A stretch of DNA of 64,000 nt from Azolla caroliniana (lineage: Eukaryota > Plantae > Polypodiophyta). The stretch covers positions 651 through 64,650 of the forward strand of contig JBHGNT010000151.1 of NCBI GenBank assembly GCA_043228905.1. Reading direction: 5' to 3'. The notes beneath the pieces were generated by a model. It saw only the letters and a program-made list of their open reading frames with translations. It had not been told where the DNA came from and did no database searches. Each line of letters starts with the position of its first letter. The stretch's first letter is position 1. Below are positions 12,004 through 23,800 of the stretch, piece by piece. The translations under genes and the position numbers were made by a program.

Positions 12004-13011
12004 ACGAAGCCGTATATCCTTCGTCTCCTAGCTAAAATCTTTGGAATCATCATATTACTTTTACCAGGAGTAGTCTTTCCAGTGTCAGTCGAACGTAAAG
12101 TCATGGCTTCCATGTAACGTTGAAAGGGTCTTAATGTGGTGGGATCATCTGGGTTGTTATAACTCTTAGCGGATGGTTTGAAATCAATTTTAAAAGAACC
12201 TATTCCACCTCCAAGTGCTAATTTCTTTCTTTCTGTAATGGTTCTGGTAATTACATCTACGGTGCGCCGTGCGAGGCTCGTTTTCTTTCCGGAAGAATAC
12301 CCTTCTACAACCAACATAGATGTTTGACTTGGAAGTATATACGGCGGGCCAATACAACATCTTGGGCTAATAATCCATCGAGTTCGCGAGCAGTTAGTCG
12401 GAAAGGGGCGAAGCCGGGCAAAGCGGTTTCCCCGGTCCCCGAAGGAAGGACGGCTTAGCCCTCCTCGGTGGTGTCTCTCAGCTGATGCGAGAAAGGTTAG
12501 ATTGACTCACTTGGTACGTACCTACTGCCTGAGTAAGGGCTACGTATCCCGAACAGAATACGTCAGTATGTGTGTGGCGGAGTAATCCAGGGCCCAGTTT
12601 GGGCGAAAGCCTTGACTTCCACATGAAGCGGTCAAGGTTGCCGGACAGCCAGCCACAAGTAATTCCAGCATAGGAACTGACTTAAACAATCGAGCAGGTG
12701 CGCAAAGACCTGTAACCATTGGGTGCTCTGACGGGGCGAAGCAGGGAAGTGCGTAGCGCTTACTCCGTCCTCGAAAGGCAAAGACACGAAAAGAGAGCAA
12801 CCACGGGAAGTAACCGCTTCGCATTGTCTAGTAAACGATGCGCGGTCTCAGAGGTCGCATAGTAGCGAGGGAGGAATGCCAGAAACCTGGCCGAGCCGCG
12901 AAGGCAACTAGTCAGAACAAACCTTAGTTCAACGCGGCCAGTACGTATGCGGCCGGCCGGCGTTGAGAATAAGGAACAATTCTTCGAAACGGAAGGGACG
13001 GCAATACTCTC

Positions 13012-13048
<37 letters not shown>

Positions 13049-16000
13049 TTAAGGTGTTCCGAGTGAGAGCTGTATGACAAAAGATTGCCACGTACGGTTT
13101 GGAGGGCAGCATTGACTGACCCCTATTTAAGTTTGGTTGCTCGGGCTGTTACACTTTCTGATTATGGTATGGTATTGTCGGATCCAAATGTAGGTACATT
13201 CTATCTATTTGCTATATCTTCTCCAGGGGTTTATGGGATTATTACAGTGGGTCGGTCTAGTAGGGCGGCCGTTCAGTCACCTGTGGTACTAAAGCAGCCA
13301 GCCCGGCCCGCCCATGTGGTCAAATTGTTTGTAGTGTGGAATGATCTGCTCTATACAGGGTGTAGGGCTCTTCGACAGAACTAGTAATAGGCTTGACTCG
13401 CGATTTGAAGGGTAGGGGGGGTTCTTGTGTAGGAGGCTAAAAGGGGATAGGGATACGTTCAAAGAAGTTCAGGAAGAAAGGAAGAGCATGCCGTAAAAGC
13501 ATGGTTGAAGGTCGATCCTGTCTTCCCAGGGAGTACCTAACAACACCATGTGGAAGAACCAACCTTGTGGATCAGGATGAGGTGCCGTCCTAGCGAATTG
13601 AAGTCTCCTTGGGTAGCCAACGACCTACAGTTATCCTTGTACCTCTGTGCCGAGCGAACGACTGTACGCTGTCTTGTTTTCTGCCAGCTGGGATTGCTTG
13701 CCGGCCAGATCGGATTGGAGCAACCATTGCATGAAGGCACATTACCCATCCTCTTGGGGACAAGAGACTGAACGACATCCCGATTTACTGCATTCCAGGA
13801 CATCTGGGATGAGAGCCGTAGGTGATACCGGCGAAACCCAGCCAGATTTTGTTCTGGCAGGTAGTCAGAGGACTCATAGTACCCGCCCCGAAAGGGGCCC
13901 CTCACGCACGCACGGGGAAGACGCTAGTTTTCAGGGAAGAGGAAAGTCTTTATTTCTTTTTCCACGTTGTTTTCTTCTAGCAGCAGGAAAGGAGTCTGGA
14001 TGTCTGCCTAGCTTCGGCAGATTCTACTCAACGCAATCTGCAAACTCGAATCCCCGAAACCTGACTCAATGCGGAATAGAATTGATCGTCGTTTGGTGGA
14101 TCTCCAGCAAGCAGTTTTAACTAAAAGAACAGGACATACCACAAAATTCAGAGAGAGAACACGAAGCGATCGATCTGCTTACCGAGGGCTAAGGCTAGAC
14201 CGCAGGACCTGGATTTATGACGTCCGGCCCGCTCCTCTCGAGTCCTGCCTGCTGGGAACGAACCACGAGGACGACCGCCAAGAACGGGCGTACTCGAGGG
14301 GGGCCAGAACCAAGCCCAAACGGGACGGAAGGGTACGGAGCGAGGTATTATAAAGCATTGCTTTATGGCGGCCGAAGAAAAGAAAAGAAAAGAAAAGAAG
14401 CGGTTTTCATCATCATGCATGAAGGCGCGCGCGCGCGCCGGTTCATCATGAAGGCGCTGAGTCAGAATTTTCCACTCCGCTAAACTAAAGAGGACGACAG
14501 AGAAGCAGGAGACGACGAACCCCTGCAACTACGTCGGACCTCTCGGAGTGAAAAAGAAAGCCAGATGGTGGTAGACTATCACGTACGGCTTTGCCCTCCC
14601 CGCCAACCACGTGTCAATGTGCCTCTACGGAAGGAACATCGACGGGCGGGTTTCCCGGGCGATCTAAAGCAAGTTGTTGGGGTAGAGAGCCGTATGCGCG
14701 GCGACGTGCTCGTATGGTTCGGAGAGGACTCAGCGTACACTGATCCTGTTGATTGGTGGAAAAGCAGCTTCACTCCTTATTCCAAATATGCTTTTTCAGG
14801 AGTATCATGATTTGCCGTCTAAATGGTTTTGTACGAAGTATCTATTGGTCCTATTATCATTACTGCACTAATTTGTGTAGGTTTTTGTAATTTTAGTGAG
14901 ATTGTCATAGCGTAAGAGCAGATATGGTTTCGCATTCTCTTGTTCTCCGTATTGATTCTGTTTTCTATCTTTCGCTCAGTAGAAACTAATCGAGCTCCGT
15001 CTGATCTACTAGAAGTAGAAGTTGAATCAGTCGTGGGCTATAATGCGGAATATCTTTTAATGGGATTTGCTCCCTCTCTTTCGGGAGAATATGCTAATAC
15101 GATCTTAATGAGGTGCGGAGCCTTGCATCCGACATTCGTTGGGCTTCCGCTCCCTGCAGGAGCCAGCGTCCCCTCAAGGGCTTTGTGCAGTAAACTCCTC
15201 CGGGCGACGATCTGAAGACTAGTAGGTCCCGCGAAGCTTTCGAAGAGGGGTAGCCTGGTGTGTAAGCACAGCAATGAACCGCGAACCCGTCGGACGACCT
15301 ATCTAAGATTAGGAGGATATCTCAGGTGGTTATCCCGCAACTCTTCCCCAGACCTATACTATCGAATGCTCATATGGGAAAGTGCGCTCTTAGGTCTGGA
15401 ACCAGGGAGGGTTGCTCCGAGAAATCCCTTCTCGTTTCCTCCAGGGGGTGCGGACACACTTGCACGGATTACAGGTGACGGCTACAAAGATGGCGGGGAA
15501 GGAAACAGTACCCGACATCCAGGGATGAATGTAAACTCATTGGACAGGGGTAATCATTCTGGTCCTGGGAGAGAAGACTCACCAACAACAGTGGTAGACA
15601 CTAGTCTGAAAGGCTAGCAAAACAGAATCACCGAGACAACGGCAGCCCCATGTACTCCTGTTGCGGACGAGAGACTGCTTGCTTGCTTGCTTGCTACTGG
15701 CGTCCCATGAGCAAATTGAGTCTGAACCAGGCGACTTAACCCCCAGCGAAGAGGGATTTCTGCTGAAAACTTGTTCGTTACGTTACGTTAAAGGGGATCT
15801 TTTTGGAATGGTCGGAGAAAGACTCGCTGCGCCTCTTGTCAGGCGCCTTGCTCGAGCCCGCGGGAGAAGTGATGGTACTGTTTATTTCCAAAAATTCGTT
15901 CTCGGAGTCAGAAGGTAAAGCACCGTATCTCACAGCTCCCTACTAACGCTCCGCTATCAATTCCAAGTTAGAGGAGGGAGGAGTACCCTGGTCTGGTAGC

Positions 16001-16829
16001 CAACCCACTTTAATGCTATCGCATTCTCTCTGCTGGGTTAAAACCTAAAGAAAGTGTGCTTATCAGCAGCAAGCACAAACCCGGTTGGTTGTTTTCAGCT
16101 GCCCTTTCTGTAGGTTGAGTGGCTTCAATCTCTCCCCCCGGCAGGCAGGCAGGCAGGCAGGCAGGAACTTTCTCGCTCGGCCTTTGACCACCTACCTCTC
16201 ATTGTTCTCCTGGGGACTCACTCACTTTAGAGATTTTTCTCCGTCTATGCGGGCTCTAAGCCGATGAACCGGTTCATCATGAAGGCCTTCATGATGAAAA
16301 AGGGGTTGGCGGGTTTGATGAACCGCCTTGTAGGCCAGCCTGAACTGTAAGTCGATCCCACTCTGCTGCTGCTGTGCCAACCACCACCGAGACATCCATG
16401 CGAGAGAGAGATCGGATTCGAAGACCTAAACGTTGCATTGGTTGGAGAAGAGGAAACTCAATATTCCCGGGACGGAGCCGTATGACGCGAGAGTGTCACG
16501 TACGGTTCTTTGAGAAGGGTGTGGATACACCTATTGGGCTAAGGGCCACAGAGCCGCGCCCTCACTCTCCTAGTCTATGTACACCGCCTTTCCCGGGAGG
16601 TTGGCCATCCATTTTAGATCTTCCTAGTTTCCAGGGAATTCCGGGCTCAATCTGGTTTGGCACAAAGGTTATTTTCTTTCCGTTCGTATATATATGGGTT
16701 TGCGCAGCATTTCTATGACATTGTTATGATTAACCAATGAGACTTGGACGGAAAGTCTTCCCGCCTTTATCATTAGCTCGGGTAGTTTCTGTATTCGGCG
16801 TTCCAGTAGCCTTTGACTGGCTACCTCAA
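12004..16829 (+). CDS. nad1: NADH dehydrogenase subunit 1; exons 12004-12261, 13127-13262, 14779-15112, 16571-16829
   Basis: Exons total 987 nt. ACG start, 8 internal stops at conserved Q/R (e.g. [11 protein letters not shown]), CAA predicted to be edited to stop (TGA follows). Motifs ADGLK, ETNRAP, GEYAN. Confidence 0.95.
12262..13126 (+). other. Group II intron nad1i258g2 (cis)
   Basis: GTGCG start after exactly 258 coding nt; domain V GAGAGCTGTATGAC...CACGTACGGTTTGGAGGG; ends CCTAT. Confidence 0.92.
13263..14778 (+). other. Group II intron nad1i394g2 (cis)
   Basis: GGGCG start after coding nt 394; domain V at ~14684. Confidence 0.9.
15113..16570 (+). other. Group II intron nad1i728g2 (cis), only matR remnants
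   Basis: GTGCG start after coding nt 728; domain V at ~16473; only 1458 nt long. Confidence 0.9.
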
Positions 16830-17291
16830 TGAATTGAGCATACTGTGATGTTGAACGTCATAATTAATGGGGTTCTGGTCGGAAGAAAACGGCGTCCAGA
16901 CCCCTCTCACGCACGCCCGCCGATGGAAATTTCGTAAACAGAATGCCGCCTTGCGATCGTCCGATCGATGCTTCTTCGAGGGTGAGAGCACCGACCGGGA
17001 AAATAAAAGGAGGAAAGAACCGATACCCCAGCTACTACGGCGCGCGCCTCCCAGATCACAACAATATCTTCTTCTTTTGCTAGGCTTACGGCAGACGCCC
17101 TCGGCATAATCGCAATGGACGGCCCTAGGTACGGTAGTGGCGAGTCCAGGTTGCTTGACCTAAACGATTTACCGCCAACCGAAAGGTAATCGTTCGGTTA
17201 TGTCAAGGGGTGAGTGCTGTGTCAAGCGGGCGGATGCATGATGAACGCTTTTCGGGGCCGCACGCAGAAGGAAAAACACAGATTGCGAAAT

Positions 17292-17672
17292 ACGCCTACC
17301 ATAAATTAATTGCTTCGTCATTGTAGAAGGGCAAAACGTCACAAAACATGTACTTGAGCTTCGAATTAATGTCTCTAAAAGTTTGGGGTACGCCCGCGTG
17401 TTTCGACAAGAACACTAAAAAAACCTAATCTGGCTTTATGCAAGATAGCCAAGGCACGTTCAAGCAATTGAAGGAATATCATTGCTCACATCTTTGGCGA
17501 GGGTTATAATTCATAGGAGCATCCTGCGGTTACGGCTAGAGGAGGTAGAGTGAAAGATTCGTTAGGTGTGAATTATCATCGTATTCGAGGAGTTAAAGAT
17601 TCGTAGGGAATCCCGGATTGAAGATGAGGCAGACTAAAACATGGTACAGAGAAACCTAAGAATTCGATACGA
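17292..17672 (+). CDS. rps12: Ribosomal protein S12
   Basis: ACG-PTIN*L...KKPNLALCKIAK...GEGYNS*EH..RGGRVKD..RGVKD; 127 codons, 9 editable internal stops, CGA predicted to be edited to UGA. Confidence 0.95.
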
Positions 17673-18361
17673 ATAAAAAGGTCAAATCAGGGAATGGTTG
17701 CTTTTCTCGCTCATCGCCTTCAGACCGGTTTAATTTTTCGGGAAGACTTTCAGAATGACCGGCGGAAACTTTTGGAACGGAAAGCCATCCGCTTCGATCC
17801 CATTGCAAATATTTCTGCGCCCATCTAGCAGGGCTTTTGTCACCCAGACCCAAGGGAGGCCGTGAAGGAAGCACATACAGCTGCTCGGAGAGATTAAGCT
17901 ACATCTGGGGAGTGGATAATAAACAAAAAAGATTAATCAAGAAATTAGTCCACTTTTGTATGATTGATGGTAAAAGAACAAAATCTCGTGTTATTGTTTC
18001 CTAAACTTCTTCTCGTCTTTCCTGAACTGAACCCGATGTTCATGTTATCACACTCCTGGCTAACGCCATAGAGAATGTCAAGCCTACTCGCGAAATCAAG
18101 AAAGTGAGAATCGCAGGGACTACTCGTAATGTACTCAAGATTATTGCCAAAGAACGTTAAGAAACCTTAGCTTTTCGTCGGATCATGGAAGCAGCTGTCA
18201 AATGACGTACTATGAGCAGAAATAGCCAGAGCTTGGATTAATGTTCATCTGCTGAGATACCGGATGCTTATCAAAGAAAGGGAAATGTTCGTAAAAGAAG
18301 GGATGATCTTCATAAACCGGCAGAGGCCAATAGAAGTTTCGCGCATTATAGGTGGCGGTGA
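17669..18361 (+). CDS. rps7: Ribosomal protein S7 (long bryophyte-like form)
   Basis: 231 codons; [52 protein letters not shown]; 6 editable internal stops; ACG overlaps the rps12 end. Confidence 0.93.
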
Positions 18362-20340
18362 ACCATTGAAAACATGTAATGAGCTGGGGTCAAGAGCTGT
18401 TAGACACTTTAGCAGCACACACCCTACATCGCAGAATCGAGTAATTGGTAATCCATCGTTCGAATGCTTAATGATTCTAATATTGACAATGAGACCTGCC
18501 AAAAAAAAAGAAAGCGAGAATTCGATTCTGGTGTGAATTTGGTGCTACGTGAATTTAATGAAGAAAGTTCGCACTCCCTTCCCTACTGATAATTGGGGGC
18601 ATCTGAGCCCGCCCCTCGGACATGGGGGCACAAAAGCAGCACAAAAAGCACTATACCCTCCCTGTCTAACTTGTTAAAAAACAACGGAGTAAGTCTTTGC
18701 CGGCATTGTTAAGTCATTGGAAAAAGACACCTAACAACAATGAAGATTCGTTTCCAGAGAGTTTATTCACCGTTGCTCCTGGAGAATACTCTGCAAACAA
18801 CAAACCGTGCGTGCCCTTTCAAGGTTAATCTCAACGATGAAGCGGCTAGCTCGACTCCATCGATCCTGTGTACAATGTCTCAGATTACAGGCCTTCGCTG
18901 TGGCGGAACTTGATGACCTGGACTGCGAAGAGCCCTATAGTGACGGCGATAGCGAAGCAGAGGTTGAAGAATTTCTTTTGCCTGCTTCTAACTTTATTAT
19001 CAAGAATAATGTTCTGGCGGTCAGCGTTAGATAAATCTCATAAGAAATATATTCAAATAGGAATTTGTACGTTCAAACCGTGCGTGTGCCAATTGCTCGA
19101 AGAAGCAAAGGTTAAGCTTGAAGCCGAAGAAAAGAGAGGTAAGGAAAGATTAATGATAAGCGATGGATTGGGCCAAACAAATTCGGCGGATTTCTTGAGA
19201 AGGAAGGAATACTTGCAAAAAATGATCGAACAATTTGTTGACGAGAGATCAATCTATAATAACTCGCTGGACCTTTTTGATTGATAAGCTGACCAACAAA
19301 AGGCAAACCAACATGCAGGATAGGTTTATTGCGCACTTCAAGAAAGATAAAGAACTAATAGACATTTTAACGTCCTTCGATGTATATACGATTGAAATAC
19401 TTACGATATTTTAGAATCTTTATTGTTAGATTGTTTATTAATAGGGATTGCCTCTTTTCCAGAGTCTAAATTATTATTATTAAAATCTTTACCGTCAGAT
19501 TGTTTATCAACAGAGATTGACCCAGACTCAGATTTTCTTGAGTCTGAATTAATCGAAAAACAAAATAGCCACGGCCTTTACCATTAAACTTACATTATAA
19601 CACTTTTTTTTCAATTTCAATATCTCATTTTCTAATGCTATTGTATGACAGCAGAAAAATTGCGGTATAAATGAAAATATTATTAATACAAAGAAAACCT
19701 TGTTTTCTTCTTTGATCAAACAAACTCATATCTTTAAATAATAAACGAATTCTAGTTTGAATAGAATCTAAAGCTACTTTTGCTTTCATTCACCAAAAGC
19801 AGCTGCTTTGGTTGCGTTGGTTGTTAACCATTTTAAGAGAGTGTATAAGGACCTACCACTCTATACGGCGGTGTACGATTGCTTCATATCAAACTACAAA
19901 GTATCTTCACTATTACCAGATCTATATAAATCAACCCTGTTCGGGTCTTTAGGTTGTCCGATGGCAACCAAAGCGTCTTTCTATTGTTCCCCGAACCATT
20001 CGAACTCTTTTACCAGATTCTTGGCAGTCCCTTTCCCAAAGAAAGTTGGGAAGTGCAGTCTCTGCAGGCAGGCAGTTAGCCCCTCGGGTCGTTCAGTCTC
20101 GAAGGTATGGTTCGGGCTTCGTTCGTTTCTTGTGACCAGATTCATTGGTTCGAGGCTACGTACGTTGGATCGGGTTCGGGCCCTAAAATATGTGATTGGG
20201 TAATTACGATGGCTCGTATACACGTTCGAGGATCACTCTCCAGGCGACGGAGGACTGCTTAGTGATTGAAGGGAGAGAAGAAACCCATTTGATTTCTCAC
20301 TAGAGGCCTAATGATTGCATAACTCTGAGGTTCCAACTGC

Positions 20341-20426
20341 TACGGATAGAGGGATTTGAACCCCCACGACTGAGTAAGGTCACCAGAACCTAAACCTGGC
20401 ATGTCTACCAATTCCATCATATCCGC
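20341..20426 (-). tRNA. trnL: tRNA-Leu(UAG)
   Basis: GCGGATA...CCAGG TTTAGGT TCTGG, long variable arm. Confidence 0.93.
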
Positions 20427-20553
20427 ACATCGATTCTTATTTCGAAACCACCCTTTTTCACTGCTAACTGGATAGAGCTAAGAACGCCAATGGCTCGGAT
20501 GGCGTAGCAATTAGAGGAAACTGAAACACCACCCCGTATTTTTCGATTCTCCC

Positions 20554-20585
<32 letters not shown>

Positions 20586-20731
20586 ACGCGCGACTTGCTC
20601 AATGGAGCCCGCTTACGACGATCCCTTTTAACCTCTCAGGCTCTTATAGAAGGCTTATAGAATGCCTATATGCTTTCCAAATCAAGTTAGGGTGATGGGA
20701 AAGTGGGAATGCTAACTTATGACCATACTCA

Positions 20732-20818
20732 CGGATGGAGAGGGATTCGAACCCCCGGTATCTCTCCGAATACTTCGGTTTTCAAGACCGACTCTTTAAA
20801 CCGCTCAGACATCCATCC
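20732..20818 (-). tRNA. trnS: tRNA-Ser(UGA)
   Basis: GGATGGA...TCGGT CTTGAAA ACCGA, long variable arm. Confidence 0.94.
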
Positions 20819-21036
20819 CTTTCCCGACAAGATCACGAGCCATCAATAATCAACGGGAAAGCGTGCCAAGCTTTCAGGTCTTTGTAAATCGCACGCAACG
20901 CCTTCAGAAAACAAATAGGTTGTACCGCAGGGCCTCCTCTTTGGCCCCTCCGACCAGAAAGGTTAAGCGTGGTAATTGATCATTCTATTTTAGATTGATA
21001 GGAACTAAGGCGTCCTAATAACCAAGTTTACAACCA

Positions 21037-21109
21037 TGGGCAATAACGGACTCGAACCGCTGACTCCCTCGGTGTAAACGAGGCGCTCTACCAACTGAGC
21101 TAATTACCC
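21037..21109 (-). tRNA. trnV: tRNA-Val(UAC)
   Basis: GGGTAAT...CCTCG TTTACAC CGAGG...ATTGCCCA. Confidence 0.94.
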
Positions 21110-21499
21110 GGAGTGCCGGCGATACTTCGGAGTCTCGCCGGCTCTGTTTTCTGTAGGTCACATAGAAATTTATCCATTCTTTCTACGGCCACGTCAATCC
21201 GCTTCTTTTCTTGTTGGGCCGCGCCGCAATTGTCTAGCTTCTGCTACCAACTCCCCCATCGGGCCGTCTGACTTTACCGTAGCCGATAAGTAGCGTTAAT
21301 CGTCTTCATCGCGCTGATGAAGCAGCGGGTTCATCCACCACCTTGGTTCTTCCCCGCAAGCAACTTCCGCCGTATTATCCATAGCTGTTCATCAAGAAGG
21401 CCTAGAGTTAGTTTTCCGATAAGATTCAAGCTACAATTTCAAACAGCACCTTTTCTTCATGAAGCGCAAGAAAACTGCACTGCGGAAGAAGAAGAAGCG

Positions 21500-22274
21500 G
21501 TAAAAAGTGTAATATAAATGGCTACCAAAGTTCTTCTTTTGAACTTTCAAGAAGGCCTGAATATTCATGGATTATTATACGATAATCTTTAATGCGGCTC
21601 AGATTGCGGAAAGAATTGAATGCTGGAATTTCGAAATTCCGTTGGTAAAATTCAGAAGGATCATGCAAGAAGGCAATATCATCTTCTGGCCATAATCTGC
21701 GAATCCAGCAAAGCAAAGCAAAGCAGCACTTTTCTTTTCACTTTAAACCGAGCCGGCGGCAATCTTGATGAATCACTGGCAAGAAGATGCTTTGCACTTT
21801 TCTTTCCACTTTAAAGCAGCAATCTTTGAACTCGGAAATGGCACTTTTCCCTGCAAGCCTGAAACGCACGCCTTCCCCAAAAGAAAAGCGGAACCACCTA
21901 ACGAGTATTTTAAACAGCAAGCATGATGAACCGGCATGTTCATCAAACCAAACAGGTTCTTCATGCATGCATGAAGGCCTTCATGATGATGAAAACCGCT
22001 TCATTGGAATGTCACCGTCTCATTGACAACACGAATGATAACGAATTGACAATATGAATAGTCACGTTAGTTTCCCATTCTTAAGCATGGATTATTATAC
22101 AATAATCTTCATTTGCTTTTTTACTGTTGACAACATGTAGTGCGGGGGCAGGGTTTGAACCCGCAGTCTTCAGGTCATGAGCCTGACGAGTTGGCCATTT
22201 ACTCCACCCCGCAAGCAAGCAAGCAATTGATCTCTCTCTAGCGAATCGGAATTTATTTTAGAAAAAAAGAAGCC
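21500..22274. repeat. ~780-bp direct repeat containing trnfM (copies at 35129-35908 and 60730-61509)
   Basis: Identical ORFs at offsets 13,634 and 39,235. Confidence 0.92.
22140..22213 (-). tRNA. trnfM: Initiator tRNA-fMet(CAU)
   Basis: GCGGGGTGGAG...TCAGG CTCATGA CCTGA, plant mitochondrial trnfM type. Confidence 0.9.
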
Positions 22275-22578
22275 GGCCAACTCCTATTCAATCTACTTGT
22301 GCGGGGGAATGTTTGCTTGCCCGCAGACCCAACTCCACGTGTTATTGATCGCATTTCCCGCTGTCCGTCCAAATGAACTTGCACTACTGGTTATTAAAGC
22401 AGCATTGATGTTACCTTAAAAGCAGCAAGCGCGCAAGAAAAGAAAAGAAAAGAAGCAAAAACTAGCACTCCCTTACCGGCTAGGTCTCTCCCGGCAGGCC
22501 ACTGCCGCATTCCCAAAAAGCAATGTATGGGTTTCTTCCATCACGTCACTGTCGCATCGCTCGTGCTTCGCACTCGCT

Positions 22579-22666
22579 CGGAGGAAATGGGATTCGAACC
22601 CATGATACAAGAAGATTGTATGTTGATTTAGCAAACCAATGCCTTAAGCCGCTCAGCCATACCTCC
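22579..22666 (-). tRNA. trnS: tRNA-Ser(GCU)
   Basis: GGAGGTA...TTGGT TTGCTAA ATCAA, long variable arm. Confidence 0.94.
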
Positions 22667-22704
22667 GGTTGGGATGGGGGATTCATCAAGCCCCCATCCC
22701 GAAG

Positions 22705-22735
<31 letters not shown>

Positions 22736-22867
22736 CTACTTGGGCCAGCATGCACCTATTCTTTCTTTCTTTATCATCTTTATTTCCCAGATCTACAAGG
22801 GTATCCCTCTTCTCACCTGCATCTTATTTTTTGGGTTTCCTATTTGTGCGTGCTGCTTTAAGTAGTT

Positions 22868-23769
22868 TCATCTATCCACTTCTCCAGACACAGTATCTTA
22901 AGTACCAATGATGGTGGCCACATCTGCTGGCATGTGATTTTTGAACGTAAAGTCAGGTCCTTGTAAATAGGCGAAGCCAGGTGCTCTTATTTTACAACAA
23001 TAAAGACGATTAGTTCCATTACTGACTGAGAACACACCAGATTCTCCTTTAAGTACTTCAGCTACAGTATAGATAGAAAAAGCTGGTACAGAAAACCCTT
23101 CTGTATAAGGTTTGAAATGGTGAATTGGAGATTCCATAGATTATTTCATTTAAGGTCATGATGAAGGACATGGCTTACGATCATCGGCTTTAATCGTGCC
23201 GCTGAGCATTTAATTAGGACGTTATACGATGATTCAAATACTTTATCACGTCTCTTCAATGCGAATACAATAACGATCGTGGCGATCTCCCCTGGTACCC
23301 ACTAGTACATCGGAATCCGATTAGTCATGAACATCGTGAGGTGCTGCTTTTCACAAATCCCAGCATACTCCCGGTTGGGATAGGTAGGCCCCTTCTAGGG
23401 CTTTCCCCCCCTCTGAGCCGTACGTGAAAGTTTCCCTTCATACGGCTCGAATGCATTCCCAGAGGCCCGCCCCTGTAACGCGTCTGCAGGCACTTGGAGA
23501 TGAAGGGCATTCCTGGTTCATGCGTGAGCGTCCATAGCACCAGATTTTGGATTGATTGGCGGCGATCCGGCTGGCTCATTTTCCGCCAGCACAAACAGAA
23601 AAATCTTTTTGCTTGCCTCAGGCCACTTACCGCGTGGCCCGCGGCGGGCGGAGAGCGACCGTGACCAGTGGAGTCAGAACGCGCGCTACATCCGTAGCAA
23701 ACAAACAAACAAACAAACAAACAAAAGGGATGTAGTTCCGACGCGCGCGTAGGTTGAGGGCTTTCATCG

Positions 23770-23800
<31 letters not shown>

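Larger units (their letters stand above)
10174..21222. repeat. 11,049-bp direct repeat, copy 1 (copy 2 at 46742-57790)
   Basis: All ORFs recur at a constant offset of 36,568; ends checked by eye. Confidence 0.96.

Noticed and set aside
12262-13126. Trans-splicing of the first nad1 intron
   Set aside because: Exon 1 was found in cis at 12004-12261 once editing was taken into account.
12004-18361. Calling nad1, rps12 and rps7 (also nad7, atp1, atp6) pseudogenes, or invoking an alternative genetic code
   Set aside because: Frames are full length with no frameshifts, stops fall at Gln/Arg positions, and sense codons show the same C/T swaps. This is RNA editing.
18868-19284. atp8 or atp4 candidate downstream of rps7
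   Set aside because: No MPQLD-type or atp4 motif even when allowing for editing.
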